Assembly (NCBI GenBank): GCA_002425415.1
Contig: DIMG01000033.1
Location: forward strand, 5,637-69,636
Reading direction: 5' to 3'
Source of the DNA: Micavibrio sp. UBA5572
Lineage (GTDB): Bacteria > Pseudomonadota > Alphaproteobacteria > Micavibrionales > Micavibrionaceae
Length of the DNA: 64,000 nucleotides
The first letter of the stretch is position 1; each line of letters opens with the position of its first letter. The notes under the pieces are model-generated. The model did no database searches. It saw only the letters and a program-made list of their open reading frames with translations, and was not told the origin of the DNA. The position numbers were made by a program, and so were the translations under genes. Shown in pieces: positions 18,808 to 28,382 of the stretch.

Positions 18808-20412
18808 CTACAGATTTACAACATCCACCTCAAGAGAGAAGTCTTGAGGAAAAGTCATGGTAAAAGTCGTCCCCTGTCCCATCTCGCTTTCCACATCGAT
18901 TCGGCCTTTATGTAGATGAACCAATTCTTGAACCAGACACAATCCGACACCAGATCCTGGAATACCGCTGGATGTCGATGCGCGGTAGAACCTTTGGAAG
19001 ACATCCCGAATTTCTTCTTTAGGAATCCCGACCCCATTATCAGTGACACTGATAATCAACGAATAAGGCGTACAGCTCAACTTCAAATGAATTTTCCCTT
19101 TTTCCGAATCGGTAAATTTCACAGCATTGGACAATAAATTGGTCAAAATAATAGTCAGAAACTTCTTGTCCATGGAAACATCGGAAGACGTAAGATGGAC
19201 TTCCTTGGTAATTTTATGCCCCCGCGCCAGATTGGCTTGCTCCTCGCATAACTGATCGACCAGTTCCAGAATATCAAAACTCTCGATATTCAAGTCCAGC
19301 TTTCCGGTTTTAAGCAAATTGGAAGACAAAACTGCCTCCATCATATTGACAGTGCGGGAAACAGCCGAACGGATTGTCCTTAATCGGATTTTCATTTCAT
19401 CTTCAGCCATACACTTGCCGAGACGTTCTATAATTTGAGCATTCCCGTCAACAATCGCCAAAGGCGTTCTGAACTCATGGCTCACCATACTGATAAATTG
19501 TTTTTGAAGCATACTGGCTTCCTGTTCGGCAACCAGAGCCTTTTCAAGTTGGGCTTGCTGATAAGCCAAGGCTTGCTCCTGATTCTTATAGGTCGTGATA
19601 TTGGTGGTCGAAACAATCGTCCCTTGCCCACGCGGCAACTCTACAGCTGTCATCCTCAAATGAGTCCCATTATCCAGTCGAAATTCGAATTGTCCCTCCA
19701 GACTACTCCAAAAATTCAGCGCCGCCTGATAACGGGGGTCATGCTGACCGACCCCCATTTCACCGGCAATGGCCTCAAAAACCTTTTGAACAGCCACACC
19801 ACGAGTAAACTGCTCCCTACTTTGGGGATAAAGCTTGATATAATGCGGACTAACATAAAAAATACGCTTTTGCTGGTCAAAAACAATAAAAGCATCGGCA
19901 GAAACCGACAAAAAGCCTAAAAAAGCGTAATATTCATCCTCTTGAAGCCTTGCATTGAGCCTCATAATGCCCTTTTTGAGCTTATGATGAAAAATACTCG
20001 CGAATTCCTGAACATTTAATATCTCAAGGTTATATATAGCGTCATATTTGGAAGAAAGAATATGGAGCCGCTTGCGAATGTCCGGTTCTTTGGTAATGGC
20101 CACAACATCGGCCACAACACCGGAAATCTCGCTTAATTTCTCGGCAATTTCCAAATTTTCATCAGAGGCCTCATCCACTATCACGAAGACCAGCGCACTA
20201 TCGTAAGCCTCTGCAAACAATTCTTCTTGGGTCTGTGGGGTAGAGACCACAACATCAAACCCGGGAATAAGCTCCCAAATGATTCTGGTTAAATCAAACT
20301 TCCCGTGATCTCCGTAAATAGAGATAACAGGTGAAACCTTTTTCCGTAAGTCCACGGTTGATAGAAATGCTTTTGACACGATACAATACTCCAACCAACA
20401 GTTTCTTGACAT
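18808..20412 (-). CDS. sensor histidine kinase (receiver-like N-terminus, PAS-like middle, HisKA+HATPase)
   Basis: H-box SMVSHEFRTPL, N-box LLSNAVKF, and G-boxes DNGVGI and GSGVGL. I see no obvious TM segments. Confidence 0.9.
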   Translation of the reverse strand: MSRNCWLEYCIVSKAFLSTVDLRKKVSPVISIYGDHGKFDLTRIIWELIPGFDVVVSTPQTQEELFAEAYDSALVFVIVDEASDENLEIAEKLSEISGVVADVVAITKEPDIRKRLHILSSKYDAIYNLEILNVQEFASIFHHKLKKGIMRLNARLQEDEYYAFLGFLSVSADAFIVFDQQKRIFYVSPHYIKLYPQSREQFTRGVAVQKVFEAIAGEMGVGQHDPRYQAALNFWSSLEGQFEFRLDNGTHLRMTAVELPRGQGTIVSTTNITTYKNQEQALAYQQAQLEKALVAEQEASMLQKQFISMVSHEFRTPLAIVDGNAQIIERLGKCMAEDEMKIRLRTIRSAVSRTVNMMEAVLSSNLLKTGKLDLNIESFDILELVDQLCEEQANLARGHKITKEVHLTSSDVSMDKKFLTIILTNLLSNAVKFTDSEKGKIHLKLSCTPYSLIISVTDNGVGIPKEEIRDVFQRFYRASTSSGIPGSGVGLCLVQELVHLHKGRIDVESEMGQGTTFTMTFPQDFSLEVDVVNL

Positions 20413-20514
20413 TGGGTAAATAAATCGTTTATAAGCGCGAAACTAACTTAAAATATAACCAACATAAAAAGACCCCTCCAGAAGGGGAATTGACGAAAGA
20501 AGCAAAGGTAAACC

Positions 20515-20829
20515 ATGTTTGCAGTAATCCGCACAGGTGGAAAGCAGTACAAAGTACAGCAAGACACATTCTTGAAAGTCGAAAAACTTGACGCTGAAGT
20601 TGGCTCAAAAATCGACATTACAGACATTTTGATGATCTCTGACGGAGACAAAACCACAGTGGGCGCCCCTATCATAGAAGGTGCAAAAGTTGTGGCTGAA
20701 GTTTTAGAGCAAGGTCGTGGCGAAAAAGTCATTATCTTCAAAAAACGCCGTCGTCAGAACTACCGTCGTAAAAACGGTCACCGTCAAGACCTGACAACAA
20801 TCAAAATAACAGAAATCAAGGCTGCCTAG
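20515..20829 (+). CDS. rplU: 50S ribosomal protein L21
   Basis: [15 protein letters not shown]-terminus, 104 aa. Confidence 0.95.
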   Translation: MFAVIRTGGKQYKVQQDTFLKVEKLDAEVGSKIDITDILMISDGDKTTVGAPIIEGAKVVAEVLEQGRGEKVIIFKKRRRQNYRRKNGHRQDLTTIKITEIKAA

Positions 20830-20867
20830 TTCAGGCTGGCGCGTAAGCAAACGAAAGGAATTGAATT

Positions 20868-21149
20868 ATGGCACACAAGAAAGCAGGCGGTAGCTCTAGA
20901 AACGGTCGCGACACAGCAGGCCGACGTCTTGGAGTAAAATGTTTTGGCGGAGAAAAAGTTATTCCCGGAAACATCATCATCCGTCAACGCGGAACGAAAT
21001 TTAAACAAGGTAAAAATGTTGGTATCGGTAAAGATCATACACTTTTCGCATTGGTTGACGGACAAGTTCTGTTTACCCGCGACAGCAATGATCGCCCGAT
21101 TGTACACGTTGTACCGAGCAATGATGCTCAACCACAAGCGGCGGAATAA
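20868..21149 (+). CDS. rpmA: 50S ribosomal protein L27
   Basis: [16 protein letters not shown]-terminus, 93 aa. Confidence 0.95.
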   Translation: MAHKKAGGSSRNGRDTAGRRLGVKCFGGEKVIPGNIIIRQRGTKFKQGKNVGIGKDHTLFALVDGQVLFTRDSNDRPIVHVVPSNDAQPQAAE

Positions 21150-21170
21150 GTCCTGCACTTAAAGGATCTA

Positions 21171-21198
21171 AAGCCCGCCCAATGGCGGGCTTTTGTTT
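21171..21198 (+). terminator. rho-independent terminator/attenuator after rpmA
   Basis: AAGCCCGCC-CAAT-GGCGGGCTT stem-loop followed by a T-rich run. Confidence 0.6.
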
Positions 21199-21211
21199 AG
21201 GAAAAACAAAA

Positions 21212-22270
21212 ATGAAATTTCTCGATGAAGCAAAAATTTACATGAAGAGCGGTGACGGCGGCGCAGGTTGCTGTTCATTCCATCGTGAAAAATATATTGA
21301 ATTTGGTGGACCTGACGGCGGAAATGGCGGCAAGGGGGGCGACGTTATTATTGAATGCGCCCAAGACCTGAATACCTTGATTGATTTTCGCTACGCGCAA
21401 CATTTCAAGGGTGAAAAAGGTCATCATGGCATGGGGCGCAACCGCTCTGGGGCGCATGGCAAAGACACAATCATCCGCGTTCCGGTTGGAACGGAAATCC
21501 TTGATGAGGACAAAGAAACCGTACTGGCCGACATGACTCGTCCAGGATTGCGTCGTGTCTTTCTAAAAGGCGGCGATGGCGGCTTTGGCAACGCTCATTA
21601 CAAAAGCCCGACCAATCAAGCCCCCCGAAAATTCACCAATGGGTGGCCAGGGCAAGAAATATCGGTTTGGCTCCGGCTGAAACTCATCGCCGATGCAGGG
21701 ATTATCGGTATGCCGAACGCTGGAAAGTCAACATTTTTGGCGGCAAATTCTGCGGCAAAACCAAAAATAGCGGATTATCCATTCACAACGCTTCACCCGA
21801 ATCTCGGCGTGGTCAAGATCGAAGACTATGACTTTGTGCTGGCAGACATCCCCGGACTAATCGAAGGAGCTAGCGAAGGCGTAGGCTTGGGGACAAGATT
21901 TCTGGGGCATGTTGAACGGACGGCTGTGTTGCTCCACATGATCGACATCACACAAGAAAACCCGCTCGAATCTTATCATATTATCCGAAATGAACTTGAA
22001 GAATATGGAGCAAATCTGGAAGACAAAAACGAACTCATTGTCCTCAATAAAATAGATTCCGTTGATAAAGAAACAATGACAAGCATAGCCGACCAATTCG
22101 AACAAGAACTCGGTGCGCGACCGTGGCTCATTTCTGGCGTAACCGGAGAAGGCCTCCGCCCCCTTCTGTTTAAACTGGTCGAAATTATAAAAGAAGAAAA
22201 AGAAGCACGAAATAAAGATGAAAAAGAATCAGACAGCATCAAGCTCTACGACCCAACAGCAACTGCTTGA
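21212..22270 (+). CDS. obgE: GTPase ObgE/CgtA
   Basis: I chose the start at [10 protein letters not shown]. Obg fold [16 protein letters not shown]1 GMPNAGKST and [10 protein letters not shown] are present. The tracked upstream start at 21182 lies inside the terminator hairpin. Confidence 0.95.
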   Translation: MKFLDEAKIYMKSGDGGAGCCSFHREKYIEFGGPDGGNGGKGGDVIIECAQDLNTLIDFRYAQHFKGEKGHHGMGRNRSGAHGKDTIIRVPVGTEILDEDKETVLADMTRPGLRRVFLKGGDGGFGNAHYKSPTNQAPRKFTNGWPGQEISVWLRLKLIADAGIIGMPNAGKSTFLAANSAAKPKIADYPFTTLHPNLGVVKIEDYDFVLADIPGLIEGASEGVGLGTRFLGHVERTAVLLHMIDITQENPLESYHIIRNELEEYGANLEDKNELIVLNKIDSVDKETMTSIADQFEQELGARPWLISGVTGEGLRPLLFKLVEIIKEEKEARNKDEKESDSIKLYDPTATA

Positions 22271-23114
22271 GCGCATTCAAAGCACACGGCGCTTTATGGC
22301 GAAAATTGGCTCCAATAAAATAGCCTGTACCGAACAAAATCTTGTGCATTCGAACTGGATAAGGAAATTTGTTGCAAGTCTCACAACTCTGCAACGCGAA
22401 TTTTCACTCACCAGTTCCGGCGCTATCTCACTTGAACGTGTGCTGGGAAATCGTCCCCCTCCTCAATCAACAGCAGAAAAACAAGCCTATGCTGCTTTTG
22501 GGCAGATCAGATTGATGGAATTGTACCAACAGGCTTTTCTTCCACATGGAATGAAAGCGGCACAAGTTCTTGTCACAAAAAATAGCCTGACCACCGAGGA
22601 TGGATTTAGAAACATTCAAGGTACTATGGAAGCAATCCGGAAGTTAGGTGGCATTACGATTGCCAATGAAAATGATACAGTTGCCACAGATGAAATTAGA
22701 TTCGGTGATAATGACACGCTCTCTGCCTTTGCTGCTGCTGCTGACGGAGCCGACACACTGATCTTAATTACCGATGTCAATGGACTTTTTACAGGCAATC
22801 CAAAAATCAATTCTAATGCACAACATCTCCCTGTAATAGATATTATCACCAATGACATTATCCTCGCTGCATCAGGCCCCATCGGAGATCATTCATGCGG
22901 CGGCATGGAAACAAAACTCGAAGCCGCACGAATTGCAGCAAGATATGGAATTGACACATTCATCATCAATGGCACATCGGAAAATTGCCTGAGAGCGTTT
23001 TTTAATGGCAACTCACAATGCACTCTTATCCATCACAGTGCCTTTCAAAACTTTCAAAATGACCCTCGCCCACTTAAAACAATCGCTACACACACAGCAG
23101 CTTACTCTCAATAA
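22218..23114 (+). CDS. proB: glutamate 5-kinase (no PUA domain)
   Basis: [21 protein letters not shown] and [13 protein letters not shown] motifs. The start is uncertain: 22218 overlaps obg by 53 nt, and the alternative is 22296. Confidence 0.75.
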   Translation: MKKNQTASSSTTQQQLLERIQSTRRFMAKIGSNKIACTEQNLVHSNWIRKFVASLTTLQREFSLTSSGAISLERVLGNRPPPQSTAEKQAYAAFGQIRLMELYQQAFLPHGMKAAQVLVTKNSLTTEDGFRNIQGTMEAIRKLGGITIANENDTVATDEIRFGDNDTLSAFAAAADGADTLILITDVNGLFTGNPKINSNAQHLPVIDIITNDIILAASGPIGDHSCGGMETKLEAARIAARYGIDTFIINGTSENCLRAFFNGNSQCTLIHHSAFQNFQNDPRPLKTIATHTAAYSQ

Positions 23115-23131
23115 ACAATTTATCACTGCCA

Positions 23132-24043
23132 TTGAATGCCATGAAAACACATACACTCGAGACGTACACACCGTCAAAAACAACTTACAAGCTCCATTAT
23201 AAAATCTGGGGGGAAACAAACCCACCCGAAAACACGCTTGTTTGTGTTCACGGCCTGACCGGAAATTCCGGTGACTTTAAATATGTCGGCGAATACCTCT
23301 CGACGCACAACAACATCCGCGTTGTGGCCATCGATATGGCTGGGCGCGGACAAAGTGCCTATTTCGATGACCCGTTAGATTATAATTTTGACCAATACCT
23401 CAAAGATCTCGATTTATTACTCAAAGACATCAACTGCACATCCCCGAACTCTTGTGACTTTCTGGGTGTCTCCATGGGTGGACTCTTGGGATTTTGCATC
23501 GCCTCGCGTGAAGACTCACCGATCAGACGTCTGATTTTAAATGATGTCGGCGTTGAAGTTCCCCAGGCCGATCTCAATTTTATTGCCCAATACATCACTG
23601 TGACCGCAGAATACGAAAAAATCGAAGACCTCGTTCCCCTGCTGAAAATGGGACTGGGAAGCCCCTATTCTCGGGGCAATATGAATGAAAATCAATGGCT
23701 GCATTTTGCCGCGACTTATCTCAGAAAAAATGAGTCAGGAAAATACGGGCGAAACATGGACGAAAAAATAGCGGTCATGTTCAAAAAAGAACCTCTTGGA
23801 AAAATTGATCTTTGGGCAGCATGGGAAAAAATTACACAACCTGTTCTGGCTCTGCGCGGTGGATTATCAACGCTCTTTCCTGCACAAGTAGCAGATCAAA
23901 TGAAAGCCAACAAAAAAGGAGCCGCAATGGATCTTGTAACCCTGCCCGACTGCGGACATGTGCCATCATTATTCCGCGACGATCAAATTGAGATTATTGC
24001 GCATTGGCTTGTTCCTGCTCTTCCTCCAACGAAGGCGGAGTAA
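23132..24043 (+). CDS. alpha/beta hydrolase
   Basis: HGLTGN oxyanion region, nucleophile elbow GVSMGG, and C-terminal DCGHVP. Confidence 0.8.
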   Translation: MNAMKTHTLETYTPSKTTYKLHYKIWGETNPPENTLVCVHGLTGNSGDFKYVGEYLSTHNNIRVVAIDMAGRGQSAYFDDPLDYNFDQYLKDLDLLLKDINCTSPNSCDFLGVSMGGLLGFCIASREDSPIRRLILNDVGVEVPQADLNFIAQYITVTAEYEKIEDLVPLLKMGLGSPYSRGNMNENQWLHFAATYLRKNESGKYGRNMDEKIAVMFKKEPLGKIDLWAAWEKITQPVLALRGGLSTLFPAQVADQMKANKKGAAMDLVTLPDCGHVPSLFRDDQIEIIAHWLVPALPPTKAE

Positions 24044-25289
24044 TCCGAACCAGCGTAACCTGATTGCGTTGACGGCGCACCACTTCAAACTGGAACTCAT
24101 GGAACTTGAATTTTTGCCCGACCTTGGGAACTTGACGGGTTTCATACAGCAACAACCCCGCGACCGTTGAATATTCATCATCCGGCAACTCCCAATCCAA
24201 TTCGCGGCGCAAATCACGAATGGTCACATCTCCATTGACCATATAAGACCCGTTAGGCTGAACACGAACACCGTTAATATACATATCATGCTCATCGGTA
24301 ATCTCGCCGACGATTTCTTCCAAAATATCCTCAAGGGTCACAATGCCCTCAAATGATCCATACTCGTCAACGATAAAGGCAAAATGTTCGCCACGCTCAC
24401 GAAACGCCTGCAACTGGTCATATAAAACAGTCGTATCAGGAATAAACCAAGGATCACTGGCAATCTCTTCCAGATTGATCTGTGACGTATCACCATTCAC
24501 GGCTTTCAATTCGCGCATCAGCCACTTGGTATGAATAACTCCAACAATGTTATCGGTTGTTTCACGGTATAAAGGAATGCGTGAATAAGGGCATTTCATG
24601 ATCTCATCAATCAAGACATCGGTTGGATCATCTAGATCAAGCATAACCACATTTTTGCGGTGAATAATGACCTCATCCACGGAGACATCAGCCAAATCAA
24701 GAATAGATCGCAACATAGCACGTTGTTTATGAACCTCTTCTTCCGGGCCGGTATGCATATCAATCACACCGCGCAACATTTCGAGGTGGGATCCTGCCTG
24801 AACTTTGGAAATATCAACACCAAAAACAGCCAAAGCAGCCCGCACAATTCTGGTAATAACAGCCGTTACGGGGGCGCAAACAAAAATAACAGCATAAACG
24901 ACAGGAGAAACAAACCGCGCCATATTATCGGCATGATGCAGCGCGTAAGTTTTTGGCAAAACTTCAGAAAAAATAACCACCAAAATCGTCATAATCGCCG
25001 ACGCATAAACAACACCTGTATCACCGAACATCGTAATCAATGTACCCGCAGCCACGGACGATGCCGTAATGTTGACAATATTATTTCCCAACAATAACCC
25101 GCCGATCATCCGCTCTTTATTGCCGAGAATTTTATTAACCAAGGCAGCCTTTTTATCACCATCCTTTTCTGCAGAATGCATCCGCGCTGAAGAAACTGCC
25201 GTCAAAGCTGTTTCCGAACCGGAAAAAAACGCCGATAAAATTAAAAGAATAAAAATTCCGAAAATAGAAAGTATCAAACCAGTTGTCAT
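23994..25289 (-). CDS. tlyC: hemolysin-family/CNNM protein (DUF21 + CBS pair + CorC_HlyC)
   Basis: 431 aa with N-terminal TM helices, a CBS-like middle, and a C-terminal transporter-associated domain pattern. Confidence 0.85.
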   Translation of the reverse strand: MTTGLILSIFGIFILLILSAFFSGSETALTAVSSARMHSAEKDGDKKAALVNKILGNKERMIGGLLLGNNIVNITASSVAAGTLITMFGDTGVVYASAIMTILVVIFSEVLPKTYALHHADNMARFVSPVVYAVIFVCAPVTAVITRIVRAALAVFGVDISKVQAGSHLEMLRGVIDMHTGPEEEVHKQRAMLRSILDLADVSVDEVIIHRKNVVMLDLDDPTDVLIDEIMKCPYSRIPLYRETTDNIVGVIHTKWLMRELKAVNGDTSQINLEEIASDPWFIPDTTVLYDQLQAFRERGEHFAFIVDEYGSFEGIVTLEDILEEIVGEITDEHDMYINGVRVQPNGSYMVNGDVTIRDLRRELDWELPDDEYSTVAGLLLYETRQVPKVGQKFKFHEFQFEVVRRQRNQVTLVRITPPSLEEEQEQANAQ

Positions 25290-25290
25290 T

Positions 25291-26994
25291 TTATTTCATA
25301 GACCCTTCAAGTAATTCTTTAACCATATTTTCTGATACACCAGACTCTAAAACCGCCTGTCCAATTCGTTTCAAGACAACGAATTTCAAACCACTGACAC
25401 TGGCCTTTTTATCTTTGCGCATAATCAACAAAAGCTGATCGGCAGTAATATCTTCTTTAAAGGCAACATCGCTAATTTCTGTTTTCAATCCTAAAGATTT
25501 TAAATGATTATAAATGCGATTGACATCATCTTGAACCAAATACCCCAGACGCTGGGACAATCTCGCAGCCAAAACCATTCCGATTGAAACGGCTTCACCA
25601 TGAAGTAAAGTTCCATCATATCCGGCAGCAGATTCCAGAGCATGGGCAAATGTGTGTCCAAAATTGAGCAAAGCCCGCAAACCATTTTCCTCGCGCTCGT
25701 CCTTACACACAATTTCAGCTTTCATACGACACCCTGACTCGATTGCCCGAATCGCTTCGCTGATACGACCACCCAGCATCAAGGCTCCATGACTTTCCAG
25801 CCATTCAAAGAAATCTTCATCTCCGATCAGGCCATATTTGACGATTTCAGCATAACCGGAAAGCCATTCACGACGCGGCAAAGAAGCCAAACTATCAAGA
25901 TCAATCACAACTGTTCTAGGCTGATAAAAAGCACCAATCATATTTTTGGCACTTTTAGAATTAATCCCGGTTTTCCCACCGACAGAACTATCCACTTGAG
26001 ATAACAAAGTCGTAGGAATTTGAACAAAATCTATGCCACGAAGAATCGATGAGGACGCAAAACCAGCCAGATCACCAATAACCCCCCCCCCCACAGCAAA
26101 GACGACAGAATCCCTTTTGACTCCGTTTTCAATCATCCATTCCAGAACTGCCTGAAACCGTTCAAAAGATTTTGTCTGTTCACCAGGAGCCAATTCCATG
26201 ATCGAGACCGACTTCATCAAAGGACTGAGCGTCTCAACAAAACTATCCGTCAAACGTTCCCGCACATTATAATCAGTTAAAACAAAAGCGTCGCGCCCTT
26301 GCAGATCATGCGCCAACCACAAATCAGGCTGTTTCAGCAAACCACACCCGATAAATATCGGGTAACTGCGATCAAATAACGACACGGTTAAACATATTGC
26401 CTCAGGTACGAACTTTTCCTTCTCGGATTCTGAAGATGATACGTAAAGATGCTCGCGTATTTGCAGCAAAATGCGATTAACCATTTCTTCGGGAGTCAAC
26501 CCGTCATCCAAAGCATGGATATGAGCTTGCGCGTAATGAGAACGGCGTTTTTCCAAAAGATTTTTTAAAACCTCTTCAGGATTTCCGTGCATCAACAACG
26601 GCCGATCACTCCCTTCCGTCCGTTTAAGCAAAATTGGGAGACCGGCATCCATCCAGATACAAAGACTACGTTCCTTGATGGCTTGAGCCGTTTCGGACAC
26701 GGTAATTCCACCGCCACCGGATGAAATGACACAAGGGCCATTTGCCAATAAATGCTTGATGGTCGCCCGTTCAAGATCCCTAAAGGCAGGCTCTCCATCT
26801 TCGGAAAAAATTTCCGAAATAGACTTTCCGACAGATCTGACAATTTCGTCATCACTATCATAAAATGACCACCCCAGTCGTGTAGCCAGAAGCCTACCAA
26901 CAGTCGTTTTTCCGACTCCCATCATGCCAACAAGGACAATTGGGCGATCCAAAAGAGCTTTAACGTCGTCTTGACAATGTTCTATTTCAATCAT
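25291..26994 (-). CDS. aroKB: fused shikimate kinase / 3-dehydroquinate synthase
   Basis: The N-terminal 170 aa or so carry the P-loop GMMGVGKTT (AroK). The C-terminal part carries AVGGGVIGDLAGF and NFGHTFAHALE (AroB). It is one uninterrupted 567-aa frame. Confidence 0.9.
   Translation of the reverse strand: MIEIEHCQDDVKALLDRPIVLVGMMGVGKTTVGRLLATRLGWSFYDSDDEIVRSVGKSISEIFSEDGEPAFRDLERATIKHLLANGPCVISSGGGGITVSETAQAIKERSLCIWMDAGLPILLKRTEGSDRPLLMHGNPEEVLKNLLEKRRSHYAQAHIHALDDGLTPEEMVNRILLQIREHLYVSSSESEKEKFVPEAICLTVSLFDRSYPIFIGCGLLKQPDLWLAHDLQGRDAFVLTDYNVRERLTDSFVETLSPLMKSVSIMELAPGEQTKSFERFQAVLEWMIENGVKRDSVVFAVGGGVIGDLAGFASSSILRGIDFVQIPTTLLSQVDSSVGGKTGINSKSAKNMIGAFYQPRTVVIDLDSLASLPRREWLSGYAEIVKYGLIGDEDFFEWLESHGALMLGGRISEAIRAIESGCRMKAEIVCKDEREENGLRALLNFGHTFAHALESAAGYDGTLLHGEAVSIGMVLAARLSQRLGYLVQDDVNRIYNHLKSLGLKTEISDVAFKEDITADQLLLIMRKDKKASVSGLKFVVLKRIGQAVLESGVSENMVKELLEGSMK
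26082..26092. repeat. 11-nt C/G homopolymer inside aroB coding sequence
   Basis: The C11 run on the + strand encodes GGG-GGG-GGG-G of the AVGGGV motif on the - strand. Confidence 0.95.
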
Positions 26995-27112
26995 GGGACA
27001 TAAATAGATGAAAAAGCACTGTTCATAAAGGGAATTTAAGCATTATATTGGACAAATCGTTTAATTTTCTCGAATCAAAAAAAGAGACACTGGAATTTAG
27101 GTAAAAACACCC

Positions 27113-27253
27113 ATGAAACTCATAAAAACATTTTTTGCCCTTGTCATCCTAGCCATCATTGCAAGCGGAATTTACCTTGGTGCAGCGGATATAACCATTC
27201 CACAAAAAACCATCACCAAGGAAGTCACGCCATCAACGACTTCTGGCCAGTAA
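27113..27253 (+). CDS. 46-aa putative single-pass membrane protein
   Basis: MKLIKTFFALVILAIIASGIYLG... followed by a polar tail. It is below the ORF-track cutoff and has no strong SD. Confidence 0.3.
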   Translation: MKLIKTFFALVILAIIASGIYLGAADITIPQKTITKEVTPSTTSGQ

Positions 27254-27296
27254 TTTTTCCTGTAATATTGCACATATTTAAGAAAGCCCTCATTCC

Positions 27297-28382
27297 ATGG
27301 GAATACAAAAGAACCAAAAACCAATACACAACTATGCTTTAACAATTGCAGGGTTGTTTTGCCTGATTCTTCCATCCTTTCCAATAACAGGAAAAGCTCA
27401 AGAGGCACAAGAAATGCAGGGACCTCCAGCCATTCAACAAACCCGCATTTTGCCCAGCAAAATAACCCCAGTTCAAAATAACAACGGGACAGATGGCCTA
27501 TCCAAAGCGGCTCCTGATGTCCAAATGGCTCATTCAGTAGAAGACCTGGGAGCATTGGAAGCATTAACCCTTCCATCTGATAGCGAAAATTTTGAACTCC
27601 CAAAAGAGTGGAAAAATTTATCAAGAGAAGACATAATCCAAAAACTCGGCGACTTATCTTTGGACAGTGAAAAAGATATGTCACGCAACAACATCATTAA
27701 CATCATCAGCACAATAAGCCCTCCAGCAGACGAAACGCCAGATCAAAGAGACCAAAAAACTTTGGACATTTACTCCATCAGACTAGCAAAATTGCTACAA
27801 TTCGGAGAACTTCAAAAAGTTTTGTCATTATATAAAATGAACGAAGGCATACCGCCAACCTCGCAAGCGGCAGAAGCCGGAGTATCTGCAATGTTCTGGG
27901 CGAAGCAAACGGCTCTGGCCTGCCTCGAACAAAAAGCCTTGCCTGCCAACATTCACCAAGAAAATCCATCTTTTTGGGATAAAGTCGGATTGTTTTGCAA
28001 CGGACTACTAGGCCCCGCATCCGGAGAAGATGAAACACTTAAATTTATAAATGCCTCACGTATTTATGTGGCCGCAACAGGGCTAGATGCCCCTGATACA
28101 ATCGAAAAATTAAATTCTTACGATCAAATATCTTTAGTTGCCTTAGGGAATTTAGGAAAACTATCAGAGATTCTGAAAAACAGTGATGCCACCCAACAAC
28201 TTGCCGATTTACCTCTATCCCTGCTCCTTGCAATTGAGCAGCAAGACCCGGAAATCAAGCAAATATTAGAAACCGAAGCAACCCACAGGGGGCTAATTCG
28301 TATTTCGGAACAGGCTTCTTCTCCCTTGGAAGAAGAAGATCAAACAGAACCTCTCGAAGAAAATGTCAAAACAGACGGATAA
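27297..28382 (+). CDS. hypothetical secreted protein
   Basis: 361-aa ORF with an N-terminal hydrophobic signal-like segment (ALTIAGLFCLILPSF) and an acidic C-terminus. I recognise no family. Confidence 0.55.
   Translation: MGIQKNQKPIHNYALTIAGLFCLILPSFPITGKAQEAQEMQGPPAIQQTRILPSKITPVQNNNGTDGLSKAAPDVQMAHSVEDLGALEALTLPSDSENFELPKEWKNLSREDIIQKLGDLSLDSEKDMSRNNIINIISTISPPADETPDQRDQKTLDIYSIRLAKLLQFGELQKVLSLYKMNEGIPPTSQAAEAGVSAMFWAKQTALACLEQKALPANIHQENPSFWDKVGLFCNGLLGPASGEDETLKFINASRIYVAATGLDAPDTIEKLNSYDQISLVALGNLGKLSEILKNSDATQQLADLPLSLLLAIEQQDPEIKQILETEATHRGLIRISEQASSPLEEEDQTEPLEENVKTDG

Noticed and set aside
27172-27684. 170-aa minus-strand ORF overlapping the 5' part of 27297..28382
   Set aside because: It is shorter than the plus-strand ORF and has no SD or recognisable motif, and it would also overlap the candidate 46-aa plus-strand ORF. 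The plus-strand product has a plausible signal peptide. This is kept as an open question only under the 27113-28382 finding.
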